Part shown: piece after piece, positions 17,845-29,180 of the stretch
Layout of the letters: each line of letters opens with the position of its first letter
Numbering within the stretch: position 1 is the first letter of the stretch
Source of the DNA: Bacteroidota bacterium
GTDB taxonomy: Bacteria > Bacteroidota > Ignavibacteria > UBA10030
Length of the DNA stretch: 64,000 nucleotides
Assembly (NCBI GenBank): GCA_026416125.1
Contig: JAOAFT010000007.1
Span: forward strand, 27,468-91,467
Direction: 5' to 3'
Made by a program: the position numbers and the translations under genes
The notes under the pieces: generated by a model
Seen by the model: only the letters and a program-made list of their open reading frames with translations
What the model was told of the DNA's origin: nothing
The model's database searches: none

Positions 17845-19554
17845 GTGCGTTTATTTTTCCACATAGTAAAGTATAAAATTCTTTCATCCTTGAAATCTTC
17901 ATTTGATTTTAGTTTTAGTTCCACTGTGCGCAACCTTGGCTCAGCTCTTATGTATGGTACTTTTGCTTATGTTGCCTTTCGGTTTGCGTATGTGATTACA
18001 GACCTTATTATTACACAAACACATGTAGGTGTGTACTTGTACCACCAGTTTATATCGATTTTATTATTCGTTTTCTTTGTTGCTGTCAACTTAGGGAACA
18101 TCATTGTTGCATACGCTACTCTTTACAAATCACCAGAGGTGGGGTATCTTATGACGAAACCGTTACCTCATGCAACAGTGTTTCTCCTAAAATTTTTTGA
18201 TAACTTTTTCTACAGTTCAACTACATTGTTTCTTATGGGGTTTGCTGTACTTTTAGGATATGGATCTTTTTTTGGTCATTCCTGGCAATTTTATGTTAGT
18301 ACCATGTTGTTTGTGTTCCTTCCCTTTATGTTACTCGCAGCATGTTTTGCCGTCATTATACTGATGGTTGTAATGAAGGTAACTGCTCGGTTTGGTTTTC
18401 GAACTGTAATGGCGGGATTGTTTCTTCTCTACTTTGTTTTCATTTTTCTCTTTTTCCGAGTTATGAATCCAATAAAGCTTGTAGAACAAATCCAATTTAC
18501 ATATCCTCATATCGATGAGTATTTAGCAGGTCTTTCTTTTGGTTTTCTCGATTACCTTCCCAATGCATTGGTTGCTCGCTATTTATATTATAGTGCTCTA
18601 CAGAACTTTGAGTACGCAATACCATACGGCGGTGTATTGTTCTCGTTTACTGTGATAATGGTGCTCGTTCTCTATAGTATTGGGAAGAAATATTACTACA
18701 AAAGTTGGTTAGTTTCGCTAGCAATTCAACCATCAACACGACCACTTTATGGCCGTAAACGGTATCAGTGGTTCGATTTTCGTCGAAATAGTGTACTTCA
18801 ACAACAAACAGAAGTACTCTTGAAAAAAGAGTTTCTTCTTTTCTTTCGTGAACCAAGCCAGTGGATCCATGCGTTAGTGATGATTGTCCTTGTTGGAATT
18901 TTTGTCATTAGTACGTCTCAACTCAATCTTAGCCTCAAGGCTCCAACAATGCAATTACTCACATACATGTCACTCTTTGCATTTTCTGGATTCATGGTAA
19001 CTTCACTTGCTCTCCGATTTATTTTTCCTACTGTGGAACTTGAAGGGAAAGCATTATGGACAATACGAACCGCACCATTACACATGAGAAAGTGGGTGGT
19101 GGTAAAGTTGTTGTATTGGATAATTTTTATTATAGCTATTGGAGAACTGATCGCAGTTGCAACACATATCCCGTTTCTCCGAGCACGTCTTGAGCCGCAA
19201 CCATTGCTTCTGTGGATTGGTACATTTACAACGTTTTGGGTTGCAGTCACTGCAGTGTTTACTCATTTTGGATTTGGTGCATACTTTGCAAGGTATACTG
19301 AGAAAAATCCTATCCGCGCTGCTTCAACGCAAGGTGCTACACTAACATTTTTAGGAATGATGTTATACCTTATTGCTATTGTTCTTACGGTACTTATTCC
19401 TCTTTCAGGTTATTTTCAAGCTCTGTATCGAAAACATCTATTCGATCCAGTACTGTTCATCAATACCATTATCATAGTAGTTGTTCTATCATTCGGGATG
19501 TCTATTGGTAGTTTTTGTATTGGGTACCGTGCACTCCGAAGAGATTTTGTGTAA
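17845..19554 (+). CDS. Putative ABC exporter permease subunit
   Basis: About 12 TM segments; KKEFLLFFREPSQW, RFIFPTVELEGKALWTIRTAP; directly follows the ATPase. Confidence 0.8.
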   Translation: MRLFFHIVKYKILSSLKSSFDFSFSSTVRNLGSALMYGTFAYVAFRFAYVITDLIITQTHVGVYLYHQFISILLFVFFVAVNLGNIIVAYATLYKSPEVGYLMTKPLPHATVFLLKFFDNFFYSSTTLFLMGFAVLLGYGSFFGHSWQFYVSTMLFVFLPFMLLAACFAVIILMVVMKVTARFGFRTVMAGLFLLYFVFIFLFFRVMNPIKLVEQIQFTYPHIDEYLAGLSFGFLDYLPNALVARYLYYSALQNFEYAIPYGGVLFSFTVIMVLVLYSIGKKYYYKSWLVSLAIQPSTRPLYGRKRYQWFDFRRNSVLQQQTEVLLKKEFLLFFREPSQWIHALVMIVLVGIFVISTSQLNLSLKAPTMQLLTYMSLFAFSGFMVTSLALRFIFPTVELEGKALWTIRTAPLHMRKWVVVKLLYWIIFIIAIGELIAVATHIPFLRARLEPQPLLLWIGTFTTFWVAVTAVFTHFGFGAYFARYTEKNPIRAASTQGATLTFLGMMLYLIAIVLTVLIPLSGYFQALYRKHLFDPVLFINTIIIVVVLSFGMSIGSFCIGYRALRRDFV

Positions 19555-19567
19555 ATATTTGTAGTTA

Positions 19568-21574
19568 GTGGCGTTCAAGAAACCTATGAGACAAAAACTT
19601 CACAAAATTATGAACCTTGTGTTGCTGAGTGTAATGCTCGGTGTTTCATGTTCCTCCCAACAGAGAGATTCAGTTCACTATGATTATGCTGTTGAACAAG
19701 CGTTTGTAAAAGCTCGCACGTTCTACGAGAGAGGAGTGTATGATAGTTCAGCGCTGGTTTTAACCCAATTGTTAAAGCAATACCCACGGAATCACCGAGC
19801 GACAGCAGCATATATCATGGGAGCAAAAGCATACTATCACCTCAATGAGTATCGGACTTCAATCCAACTCTTAAAAGATTTATTCGATCTTTACCCACAG
19901 TCGCTTTACTGTGCGGAAGGGTACTATACACTGGGGTTGAATTACATCCAACTACGGCGGTACGACGATGCTGCACGTGCGCTAATACAAGCTATCGAGA
20001 GAACATCAAGTCACAAAATTCAAGACTATAGTACAAAAGCCCTCGAGTTTCTTTGCAATGAGAAATTAAGGTTCGATGAGCTTGAAGTACTTGAACACGA
20101 AACCAACCATGATTTTACTCGCTCGTGTGTACGCTACTATCTTGCAGAAAAGACATATCGGAATGGCAATGTACTTGGTGCCCAGCGATTACTAGAGTCT
20201 ATTCTTGAGCTTCCACGTAAGAATAAGTACGTACCCCAGGCGATCTCGTTTCTGGAGGCGATTCGGAAGCGTGGACTAGTGAAAATCGGCGTTGTATTGC
20301 CTTTGATGCTAAAATCAGAACGGCCATCTCTCAGAGAAATTGGAGTTGAATTCTTGGAGGGTATTCAGTGTGCAATTGAAGAGTATAACCGCAACGCACT
20401 CGTACACGTTACTTTGGAACTTCGGGATAGTGAACGAGATCCTACAGTTGCTGCTCGTCATGTTGCGGACCTTACAGCAGATGAAGCTGTAAGCGTTATC
20501 ATTGGACCTATTTCAAGTAATGAAGTCATTGCAAGTGTTGGTATAGCGAATGAACGTGGTGTACCTCTCATCACCCCTACTGCAACAGCAAATGGTATTA
20601 CAACGATTGGTCCATACATATTTCAGGCAAATCCCGATTACGAAGTACGAGGTCGAATAGCTGCCTACTATGCTTCAACGACTTTGCAAGCAAAGCGGTT
20701 TGCTGTCCTTGCACCGAACGATAATATTGGCAAACAGCTTGTTGATGGGTTTCTTGCAGAAGTAAAAAAACAGGGTGGTACAATTGTCGCACAACAATGG
20801 TATGCACCAAATGCAGACGACGTCAGGAATGAACTCGAGTCAATCAGAAGAACAGCAATGGCACTCCAAGAGACAACGTACATCGACTTTAGTATGAAAA
20901 TGAAGCGTTCACAAATTGAATCTCTTCAAAAACTTGTGGTATCTCATGCACTCCTTGATTCGGTGTTAGAACGTCAACGTGCAGTACCTGTTGAGCTCTT
21001 GTTGGGTCCACGAGGAAAGTATCTTGCCGATTCTTTAGGGTTACCAGTTGCAGTTGCAGTACCGAAATATGATAGTCTCCAGTATCCAGTAACTACCATC
21101 GATGCGATCTTCATTCCTATTACCAATTCCGATGAAATCCCTATCATAAGTTCGCAATTGAAGTACTACAATATCCAAACTCAAATTCTTGGCACTGGTG
21201 ATTGGTACGACATTAATGAACTTGATCAGAATAGACAATATACCGACGGTGTGATTTTCTTTGTCGATTCATACATTGATATGACGAGTCCGCAGTACCT
21301 GGAATTTGTGAATCGTTATAAACAGAGTATGAAAGGAAAAGTTCCGACAACAAACACCATTATTGCGTACGATGTTACATCAATGGTACTCCAAACATTT
21401 CTTGAGGGATCGACACGCCGTGCCGATGTTGCTGTGTCATTGGCGCGGCGGACATACGATGGTATTCATAGTCGAATTGTCTTTTCGAAGAATCGTGTTA
21501 ACTGTGCAATGAATATACTTCAATATAAGAACCGCTCTTTACAACACTATGGGGTTGTACAACTACCTGAATGA
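19568..21574 (+). CDS. TPR plus type-1 periplasmic-binding-fold lipoprotein (LpoA/LppC-like)
   Basis: Lipobox GVSC, TPR repeats, then KIGVVLPL...IIGPI...PLITPTAT; start may be ATG 19586. Confidence 0.7.
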   Translation: MAFKKPMRQKLHKIMNLVLLSVMLGVSCSSQQRDSVHYDYAVEQAFVKARTFYERGVYDSSALVLTQLLKQYPRNHRATAAYIMGAKAYYHLNEYRTSIQLLKDLFDLYPQSLYCAEGYYTLGLNYIQLRRYDDAARALIQAIERTSSHKIQDYSTKALEFLCNEKLRFDELEVLEHETNHDFTRSCVRYYLAEKTYRNGNVLGAQRLLESILELPRKNKYVPQAISFLEAIRKRGLVKIGVVLPLMLKSERPSLREIGVEFLEGIQCAIEEYNRNALVHVTLELRDSERDPTVAARHVADLTADEAVSVIIGPISSNEVIASVGIANERGVPLITPTATANGITTIGPYIFQANPDYEVRGRIAAYYASTTLQAKRFAVLAPNDNIGKQLVDGFLAEVKKQGGTIVAQQWYAPNADDVRNELESIRRTAMALQETTYIDFSMKMKRSQIESLQKLVVSHALLDSVLERQRAVPVELLLGPRGKYLADSLGLPVAVAVPKYDSLQYPVTTIDAIFIPITNSDEIPIISSQLKYYNIQTQILGTGDWYDINELDQNRQYTDGVIFFVDSYIDMTSPQYLEFVNRYKQSMKGKVPTTNTIIAYDVTSMVLQTFLEGSTRRADVAVSLARRTYDGIHSRIVFSKNRVNCAMNILQYKNRSLQHYGVVQLPE

Positions 21575-22302
21575 TAACAATGAAGAAACGAAGAAATGAG
21601 AACGCACATACCCCTGAACCGACATTCTATCGAACAACGATAAAAGAGTGGCCTCGCAGTGAGCGACCACGAGAAAAATTACTTCAAGTAGGTTCTCAGG
21701 CACTAAGCGATGCTGAACTTCTCGCAATTTTAATACGAACAGGTGTGAAAGGAATTACCGCTGTCGATATTGCTAAAAAACTCATTGCCGAGTCTCGAAC
21801 CCTTCAAACCCTTGCGAAGCTGTCACCTCATGAATTGCAACGATTTGGACTAGGAATGAGCAAGGCTGTAACACTTGCCGCAGCGTTCGAGCTTGCACGA
21901 CGGTTATCGCAGCAAGGTAGTGATACACTCACTATTCATGGACCAGAAGATGTGGTTGCATTCATGTCGCCACTCTTACGCGACCTTCGCCAGGAGGAGT
22001 TTTGGGTTGTTCTCCTGTCTTCATCGAATAGGGTGATTGATAGGAAAAGGATTACTGTTGGACTGTTAAATTCATCACTCGTGCATCCACGTGAATGTTA
22101 CGCTGATGCACTTGTGCAACGTGCTGCATCAGTTATTTTTGTTCACAATCATCCGAGTGGAAATCCAGAACCAAGTAACGATGATATTGAAATTACAAAG
22201 CAACTATCCGATGCAGGGAAAATCCTTGGGATAACACTCCACGATCATGTTATCATTGCTGGTTCTTTATATACAAGTTTAGCACAACGAAATATTGTAT
22301 AA
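21571..22302 (+). CDS. radC: RadC / JAB-domain protein
   Basis: ERPREKL, LSDAELLAIL, VHPRE, HNHPSGNPEPS..D, DHVII. Confidence 0.95.
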   Translation: MITMKKRRNENAHTPEPTFYRTTIKEWPRSERPREKLLQVGSQALSDAELLAILIRTGVKGITAVDIAKKLIAESRTLQTLAKLSPHELQRFGLGMSKAVTLAAAFELARRLSQQGSDTLTIHGPEDVVAFMSPLLRDLRQEEFWVVLLSSSNRVIDRKRITVGLLNSSLVHPRECYADALVQRAASVIFVHNHPSGNPEPSNDDIEITKQLSDAGKILGITLHDHVIIAGSLYTSLAQRNIV

Positions 22303-22440
22303 AGGACGCATACTTAAGTACGAAGAATGGTTGACCTATGGTTGAAAATGAAATATATTGTATAAAGTAAATCAACATTCCTTCAGAATTTAAACTATTG
22401 GGGTGAAACGGTTTTTGTACATCAACGGACTCCATTTCCA

Positions 22441-25155
22441 ATGAAAAGAACAGAACCAAGAAAGAAATCCATAGAGGTAAAAAGTTCAAAAGCAAGCGTT
22501 GGGTCACAGAAGAAGCTCGAAGCTTATAAACTCCAATATCAAACTCTTACGGAACATGCACCTGTCGGAATTTTCCGAACAGATCCATCTGGTTCCACTA
22601 CCTACGTGAATCCAAAATGGACAGAAATTGCTGGTATAAGTGCTGAAGAGGCACTGGGAACAGGGTGGTACAAAGTTGTTCATCCGGATGATTTTAAACG
22701 AATATGTCTAGATTGGGAACAACGAGCAAAACTGGGAGAAGTTTCATCTGCTGAATATCGATTTCTTCGACCCGATGGTACAATTCGTTGGGTGCTAGGA
22801 AAAGCAGTACCAGAAAAAGATGCAAACGGAAATTTACTCGGTTACGTTGGAACTATTACTGATATAACAGAACTTAAACATACGGAAGAAATTTTACAAC
22901 GGTTTTCTAAACTTCTTCAAGGGTCTGAAAAGGTTGCTCGGTTAGGATACTTTGAGTACGATTTCCAAAAAGGGTTTACTAATTGCTCAGAATCGTTCTA
23001 TGAGATCCTTGGAATACAAAAAGATTCACTGAAACATATTTCGGATTGGGATTTTTGTGCACATCCCAATGATAGTCGAGTAATACAAGAATTTTACAAG
23101 AAAGTATTTCGTATTGGTGGGTACTATGAACGCGAATACCGCATTCATCGTCAGAGTGATGGTGCAATTCGCTGGGTTCGAAGCGCTGGATTCGTAGAAT
23201 TAGACAAAGGGGGAAAACCTCACAGAGTACTTGGTTTTTTCCAAGATATTACTGAACAAAAACTTCAACAAGAGGACCTTCTTCGACGTCAAGAACAGTT
23301 TCAACAGCTCTTTAATAATATGGCAGAAGGGGTTGCACTCCATGAATTAATTTACGATCACAATGGTACTCCCATAGATTATAAAATTCTAGGGTGTAAT
23401 CCAGCGTATGAGCGGATACTTGGAATTTCTGCAGATAGTGTATGTAATAGGTATGCAACAGAGGTTTATAAGGTAGAAAAAGCACCGTTTCTCGATGAAT
23501 ACGCAACTGTCGTCAATACAAAGACTACAAAGCAGATGGATGTATACTACCAACCAATGAAGAAACATTTTCACATTTCCGTTATTCCTTGGAATACACA
23601 TGGCTTTGCGACGATTTTTTTTGATATAACTGAACAAAAAGAAGCTGAGCGTATTCTTCGAGAAAGTGAACAACGCTACCGCTCGCTCTTTGAAAATGCG
23701 ATTGAAGGATTATTCCGATTAACCAGTAACGGTACGATAGAAGCTGTTAATCCGGCATGTGCAAAAATTTTTGGTTATGCTACTCCTAGCGAGATGAAAC
23801 TAGCAATTACCGATATAGGTTCACAACTATTTGTACGAAAGAATGATTATGAAACACTGTGCTCTCAGATACAACAATACGGAGAAATAAAAGATTTTAC
23901 ACTCGAAGTACAGCATAGAACAAAGCAACGAGCATGGATCAAGCTTAACGTGAAAGCAGTAAAAGATGCAAGTGGAACTATCATTCACTATGAAGGTAAT
24001 ATTGAGGATATTACAGAGAAGCGTCGCATTGAGGAACAATTCCTTGAAGCACAGAAGATGGAAAGTGTTGGTACCCTAGCAGGAGGTATTGCACACGATT
24101 TTAATAATATTCTTGGGATCATTCTAGGATACGTTACACTTTTAAGGAATGAGTCGCTTCCGCGTGAAAAAGTACTTGAATGCCTAAATACAATCGAAAA
24201 GAACATCGAACGTGGTGCAACCTTGGTACGGCAAGTGCTTACCTTTGCACGGAAGGCAGAGGTTGTTCTTCAGCCGTTAAATGTTAATGATGCACTCACC
24301 GATTTAGCAGAGATGCTAGGGAAAACATTCCCCAAAACAATTGACATTGTTCTGCAACTCGAACGTTCAATTCCTGTGTTAGAAATGGATCATACGCAAT
24401 TCAACCAAATTATACTGAATTTGTGCGTCAATGCACGCGATGCTATGAATGACCAAGGTACTTTGACTCTCGCAACAAAACTTGTAAGTGGCAAGGAGTT
24501 GGAGCATCGTGATCCTTCCCTTATTCACTCAACATTCCTACGTGTTAGTGTTTCCGACACTGGAATGGGGATACCAGCGAATATTCGTGATAAGATTTTC
24601 GAACCCTTTTTTACAACGAAAGAAAAAGGGAAAGGAACAGGATTAGGTCTCTCAGTTGTTTACGGTGTTGTGAAATCACACAATGGGTATATTGAGATTC
24701 AAACATCCTTAGGGAAGGGAACGACGTTCCATCTCTATTTCCCTGTAACGAATCGATCTGATGTGACGCTATCAAATAAGCCTCTGGTTGAATCCTCCGT
24801 GCTTGGTGGCGATGAAGTAATATTGTTGGTAGAAGATGAAAAGGAATTCCGTACTATAACAAAACAGATACTTGAATCAGCAGGGTATACAGTCCTCACG
24901 GCAAACGATGGTGTTGTTGCAATGCAGATGCTCGAAATCAGCGGTGACCGAGTTGATCTTCTTCTTACAGATATTAATATGCCACGTCTTTCAGGGCTTG
25001 ATGTTGTTGCGAGTGTACGTGAATCGTACCCACATATCAAAATTTTGCTGACGAGTGGTTTTGTCACTGATGAATATCGTGAGGAACACTTCATCCAAAA
25101 ACCTTTCACCCGAGAGCAACTCCTTCGTAAAGTACGTCAAGTGTTGGATTCCTAG
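22441..25155 (+). CDS. Multi-PAS hybrid sensor histidine kinase/response regulator
   Basis: Four PAS/PAC repeats, [38 protein letters not shown]-terminal receiver with LLTDINMP. Confidence 0.93.
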   Translation: MKRTEPRKKSIEVKSSKASVGSQKKLEAYKLQYQTLTEHAPVGIFRTDPSGSTTYVNPKWTEIAGISAEEALGTGWYKVVHPDDFKRICLDWEQRAKLGEVSSAEYRFLRPDGTIRWVLGKAVPEKDANGNLLGYVGTITDITELKHTEEILQRFSKLLQGSEKVARLGYFEYDFQKGFTNCSESFYEILGIQKDSLKHISDWDFCAHPNDSRVIQEFYKKVFRIGGYYEREYRIHRQSDGAIRWVRSAGFVELDKGGKPHRVLGFFQDITEQKLQQEDLLRRQEQFQQLFNNMAEGVALHELIYDHNGTPIDYKILGCNPAYERILGISADSVCNRYATEVYKVEKAPFLDEYATVVNTKTTKQMDVYYQPMKKHFHISVIPWNTHGFATIFFDITEQKEAERILRESEQRYRSLFENAIEGLFRLTSNGTIEAVNPACAKIFGYATPSEMKLAITDIGSQLFVRKNDYETLCSQIQQYGEIKDFTLEVQHRTKQRAWIKLNVKAVKDASGTIIHYEGNIEDITEKRRIEEQFLEAQKMESVGTLAGGIAHDFNNILGIILGYVTLLRNESLPREKVLECLNTIEKNIERGATLVRQVLTFARKAEVVLQPLNVNDALTDLAEMLGKTFPKTIDIVLQLERSIPVLEMDHTQFNQIILNLCVNARDAMNDQGTLTLATKLVSGKELEHRDPSLIHSTFLRVSVSDTGMGIPANIRDKIFEPFFTTKEKGKGTGLGLSVVYGVVKSHNGYIEIQTSLGKGTTFHLYFPVTNRSDVTLSNKPLVESSVLGGDEVILLVEDEKEFRTITKQILESAGYTVLTANDGVVAMQMLEISGDRVDLLLTDINMPRLSGLDVVASVRESYPHIKILLTSGFVTDEYREEHFIQKPFTREQLLRKVRQVLDS

Positions 25156-25191
25156 TCGTACAGTGTAAATTTTGCAACACGCATAAACTCT

Positions 25192-26535
25192 ATGCAACTT
25201 GAATCTCTTATTGGTCATACATTTGAGGTGCTTCTCCAGATTATTGCTCAACTCCGCCGACCACAAGGCATACCACCTGATAATCTCCTCGATTCTTTTT
25301 TTCGTGCTCGCAAGTATTTAGGTTCAAATGATCGTAAGTTCATTGCTGGTAATGTCTATGCAGCGTTACGGTTTTACTACCAAGCTGAACATCGTGTTTC
25401 GTATGCCCTGAAGAATTTTCACGGTGAAATATTTGAAGAGGATCGACTGTTCCTCATCCTCATGACAACAATGTCAAGCGAAAGTGTATCATACTCACAG
25501 TGGGAACCTCTCTGTATGAAATTTCTAAGAGGATCTCATGTCCGCCAGTATGTTCCAAAACTCATAGAAGTTCTTAAGCACTACGAAGTACCATCGTTTT
25601 TGAATATTATCGATGAGATAGCACTTACTTATTCATATCCTCATTGGATGGTTGAGCGATTTCTGAGTCAGTATGGAGAAGATGGAACTCGAAAGTTATG
25701 TGCTGCTTTGAACGAGCCGGCACCGATTACAATTCGAGTGAATACATTGAAAACGACAGTAGAACAGTGCCGTGAACGATTATTGTCTGAAGGTGTTTAT
25801 ACTGAACGTACTCAGTACACACCACACGGGTTATACTTGATGAAACGAATAAGTGCCTTTTCCCTTCAAACATTCCGCGATGGTTGGTTCGAGGTACAGG
25901 ATGAAGGAAGTCAACTCGTAGCATACTGTGTGAATCCAAAACCCACAGAAAAAGTTCTTGATGCGTGTGCTGGGGCTGGTGGAAAGACATTAGCGTTTGC
26001 CGCATTGATGGAAAATCGAGGTGAAATTATTGCTACTGATATCAACCCTATTCGTTTGCAGGAATTACGGAAACGTGCTCGACGCGCTGGTGTTCATAAT
26101 GTTCGCATTATCGAGATTAACACGTTGGAAGAGCTCCATGGCACCTTTAGAGAGTATTTTTCGATTGTCTTTGTAGATGCACCCTGTACAGGACTCGGTA
26201 CAATACGGAGAAATCCAGGGTTAAAACTCAGCGTGACTCCAGAGACGGTCATCGAAGTACAAGAAAAGCAACGAGCGATTCTAACAGCAGTTGCACCACT
26301 AGTTCGAGTCAACGGTGTACTCGTCTATGCAACGTGCAGTATCCTCAAGGAGGAAAACGAAAATCAAATTGGGTGGTTTATTGAACGGAATCGGAATTTT
26401 GTACCTCATTCACCAACAGTGAGTAGATTGTGTGCAACACTTCAGAGCATTAGTGACACTTCGCACTACTTGTTACTACCACATATTCATGCAACTGATG
26501 GATTTTACATTGCATGGATGCGACGAGTTCGTTGA
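25192..26535 (+). CDS. RsmB/NOP-family RNA m5C methyltransferase
   Basis: EVQDEGSQL, DACAGAGGKT, VDAPCTGLG, YATCS..EENE, DGFY. Confidence 0.92.
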   Translation: MQLESLIGHTFEVLLQIIAQLRRPQGIPPDNLLDSFFRARKYLGSNDRKFIAGNVYAALRFYYQAEHRVSYALKNFHGEIFEEDRLFLILMTTMSSESVSYSQWEPLCMKFLRGSHVRQYVPKLIEVLKHYEVPSFLNIIDEIALTYSYPHWMVERFLSQYGEDGTRKLCAALNEPAPITIRVNTLKTTVEQCRERLLSEGVYTERTQYTPHGLYLMKRISAFSLQTFRDGWFEVQDEGSQLVAYCVNPKPTEKVLDACAGAGGKTLAFAALMENRGEIIATDINPIRLQELRKRARRAGVHNVRIIEINTLEELHGTFREYFSIVFVDAPCTGLGTIRRNPGLKLSVTPETVIEVQEKQRAILTAVAPLVRVNGVLVYATCSILKEENENQIGWFIERNRNFVPHSPTVSRLCATLQSISDTSHYLLLPHIHATDGFYIAWMRRVR

Positions 26536-26604
26536 TTCTGCAAATATCTTTTCATACAATTGACATAGAATAGAGTGAAATTGTTTAACAAATGGGACGG
26601 AACT

Positions 26605-27117
26605 ATGCGTTATAGCGTTATCATTCTAAGTGTTTTACTTTTTATGTGCGGTTGTACACAGCCATCTGCTGAACAACTGTTTGAAAAAGCACAAGGTGCT
26701 CAAAAAGCACAGCTCATAGATGAAGCACTCGAAACATACATTGAATTGATTCGCTTGTACCCTGATAGTACACAAACACCAGATGCATACTATGCAGTTG
26801 GATTTTTATACCAGAATTATAAGAACGATGTTCGTACGGCACTTACTTACTACAAAACGTTGGTTGAGAAATTTCCATCACATCCAACTGCATCAAATGC
26901 TGCGTTCATTATTGGATTCCTTTATGCAAATGAGTTAAAGCAGTACGATTCTGCAAAACTTGCATATGAACTATTTTTAGAGCGTTATCCCGATAGTCCT
27001 GTAGGCCTAATAGAATCTGCACGGGAAGAACTGAAGAACCTCGGTAAAGATCCTACGACGATATTGAGTGAAGCACAACAATCAAAACATCAAACATCGA
27101 AACGGCTCAAGAAGTAA
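26605..27117 (+). CDS. TPR lipoprotein
   Basis: Lipobox MCGC, three TPR units ending YP/FP. Confidence 0.78.
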   Translation: MRYSVIILSVLLFMCGCTQPSAEQLFEKAQGAQKAQLIDEALETYIELIRLYPDSTQTPDAYYAVGFLYQNYKNDVRTALTYYKTLVEKFPSHPTASNAAFIIGFLYANELKQYDSAKLAYELFLERYPDSPVGLIESAREELKNLGKDPTTILSEAQQSKHQTSKRLKK

Positions 27118-28014
27118 ATGGAAGAGTACATACAGTACCTTCGCCCTGAAACAATTGCACAGATAACGTCGATGGAACTCCGCGCTCGTTTTGTGGTCGA
27201 AGGTTTTATTACGGGATTGCACCGCAGTCCGTACCATGGGTTTAGCGTTGAGTTCTCTGAGCATCGGCAGTACCTTCCCGGCGATGAACTTAAACGAATC
27301 GATTGGAAAGTGTATGCGAAAACAGATCGATTTTTCGTGAAACAGTATGAAGAAGAAACAAATGTTAAAACATACATCGTTCTCGATGCAAGTCGCTCCA
27401 TGGCATACGCCTCAGAAGGACGAATAACGAAATTTCAGTATGCAACATACCTTGCTGCTGCACTTGCATACTTAATGATGGAACAAAGAGATGCAGTTGG
27501 ACTTACGTTATTCGATGATCGTCTTCGATTATCGTTACCACCACGTGGTACGAAGGTGTACCTGAAACAAATTCTCATTGAGCTTGAACGCGCCATTCCT
27601 TCAAGTTCGACAGAAACAGCCAAAGCGCTCCATACGTTAGCAGAACAAATTCGTCGGCGCGGCTTAGTCGTTGTACTCAGCGATTTATTCGATGAACCGA
27701 CGAGTATTATTCGTGCACTGAAGCATTTTCGATACAAAGGGAATGAAGTTATTGTACTGCAAGTGATCGATCCTCTGGAACGAAGTTTTGCGTTTGGTGC
27801 AGATGCTGTGTTTCGTGATATGGAAACACAAGAAGAACTCATGACACAACCATGGCACATACAACATGCATATCAACATGCTTTGAAAGAACATATCGAT
27901 CAGATTCAGCAAGCGTGTCGAGATGTTTCTATTGATTACGTTCTGCTCGAGACGACAGTTCCATTTAATGTGGCACTTCTTGAGTATCTTCATAAGAGGA
28001 TACGTATGCAATAG
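27118..28014 (+). CDS. DUF58 (vWA-like) protein
   Basis: GLHRSPYHGFSVEFSEHRQYLPGDELKRIDWK, KQYEEET, LDASRSM. Confidence 0.92.
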   Translation: MEEYIQYLRPETIAQITSMELRARFVVEGFITGLHRSPYHGFSVEFSEHRQYLPGDELKRIDWKVYAKTDRFFVKQYEEETNVKTYIVLDASRSMAYASEGRITKFQYATYLAAALAYLMMEQRDAVGLTLFDDRLRLSLPPRGTKVYLKQILIELERAIPSSSTETAKALHTLAEQIRRRGLVVVLSDLFDEPTSIIRALKHFRYKGNEVIVLQVIDPLERSFAFGADAVFRDMETQEELMTQPWHIQHAYQHALKEHIDQIQQACRDVSIDYVLLETTVPFNVALLEYLHKRIRMQ

Positions 28015-28077
28015 TGAGCATCGACTGAACAAAACGATGCATCGTACGTATGTGATTTTATTTATGAAAGGAATAGT

Positions 28078-29025
28078 ATGAATAACAGCCAGTACCGCAA
28101 ACTCATTATTGTAGGTTCGGGGCCTGCTGGTTTAACAGCAGCGTTATATGCAGCACGCGCTAATTTGACTCCGCTTGTGTTTGAAGGAATTCAACCTGGA
28201 GGTCAACTTACAATTACAACAGAAGTCGAAAATTTCCCCGGTTTTCCTGATGGTATTACAGGTCCTGAACTAATGGATCGTCTTCGAAGACAGGCTATAA
28301 AATTTGGTGCAGAAACAGTCTTTAAATCAGTAGAGAGCGTAGATTTTTCCAAGCGCCCATTTACCCTCGTTGCAGAAGGGAAGTCGTACATAGCAGATGC
28401 TGTGATCGTTGCTACAGGGGCAAGTGCAAAATTTCTTGGATTGCCATCAGAAAAAGAATACATGGGCTATGGTGTATCAGCGTGTGCAACATGCGATGGC
28501 TTCTTTTTTAAGAATCAACATGTAGCAGTAGTGGGTGGTGGTGATACGGCAATGGAAGAAGCACTCTACCTCACGCGACACGCAGCAAAAGTTACTGTCA
28601 TTCACAGGAGGAATGAACTTCGTGCATCAAAAGTTATGCAAGAGCGGGCAAAGAAAAATCCTAAGATTGAGTTTCTCTGGGATACAATTGTGGAAGAAGT
28701 ACTCGGAACTACAACTGCAGGTCAAAAACGTTTAACAGGACTTCGGTTAAAGAATGTAAAAACAGGGGTACTCACTGATTTTCAGTGTGATGGGCTTTTT
28801 CTCGCAATAGGTCATCAACCAAATACATCGTTATTCCAAGGCCAATTGGAATTAACTCCGTTAGGTTATATCGTCACTAAACCACACAGTACTGAAACGA
28901 GTGTTCCAGGTATTTTTGCAGCAGGAGATGTTGCAGATCCAAAGTACCGTCAAGCTGTGAGTGCTGCAGGTACAGGTTGTATGGCAGCACTAGATGCGGA
29001 ACGCTTTCTTGCAGAACACGAGTAA
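28078..29025 (+). CDS. trxB: Thioredoxin-disulfide reductase
   Basis: GSGPAG, CATCDG, GGGDTAMEEA, AAGDV, YRQAVSAAG. Confidence 0.97.
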   Translation: MNNSQYRKLIIVGSGPAGLTAALYAARANLTPLVFEGIQPGGQLTITTEVENFPGFPDGITGPELMDRLRRQAIKFGAETVFKSVESVDFSKRPFTLVAEGKSYIADAVIVATGASAKFLGLPSEKEYMGYGVSACATCDGFFFKNQHVAVVGGGDTAMEEALYLTRHAAKVTVIHRRNELRASKVMQERAKKNPKIEFLWDTIVEEVLGTTTAGQKRLTGLRLKNVKTGVLTDFQCDGLFLAIGHQPNTSLFQGQLELTPLGYIVTKPHSTETSVPGIFAAGDVADPKYRQAVSAAGTGCMAALDAERFLAEHE

Positions 29026-29091
29026 TTTTACTCTTGATCTTCGCACAGCTACCCCACCACTGGTCAAACTTGATTGCTTTCTTTTTTCACG

Positions 29092-29118
29092 TTGACTTTC
29101 CAACCTCTATTTTATAAT
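29092..29118 (+). promoter_or_regulatory. Putative housekeeping promoter for sppA
   Basis: TTGACT-N15-TATAAT about 60 bp upstream of the start; spacer is short. Confidence 0.35.
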
Positions 29119-29180
29119 TTGTTCGAAAATATTGCGTTCGTTTAGTTCCAATCTTAACAGATATATCATCAAAGGATTCT

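Noticed and set aside
21571-22302. radC as a marker of a mobile element
   Set aside because: Full-length chromosomal type with N-terminal domain, among housekeeping genes; no integrase, transposase or att repeats
27118-28014. DUF58 without adjacent MoxR/vWA genes (likewise ftsX without ftsE)
   Set aside because: Split operons are common; partners are probably elsewhere in the genome
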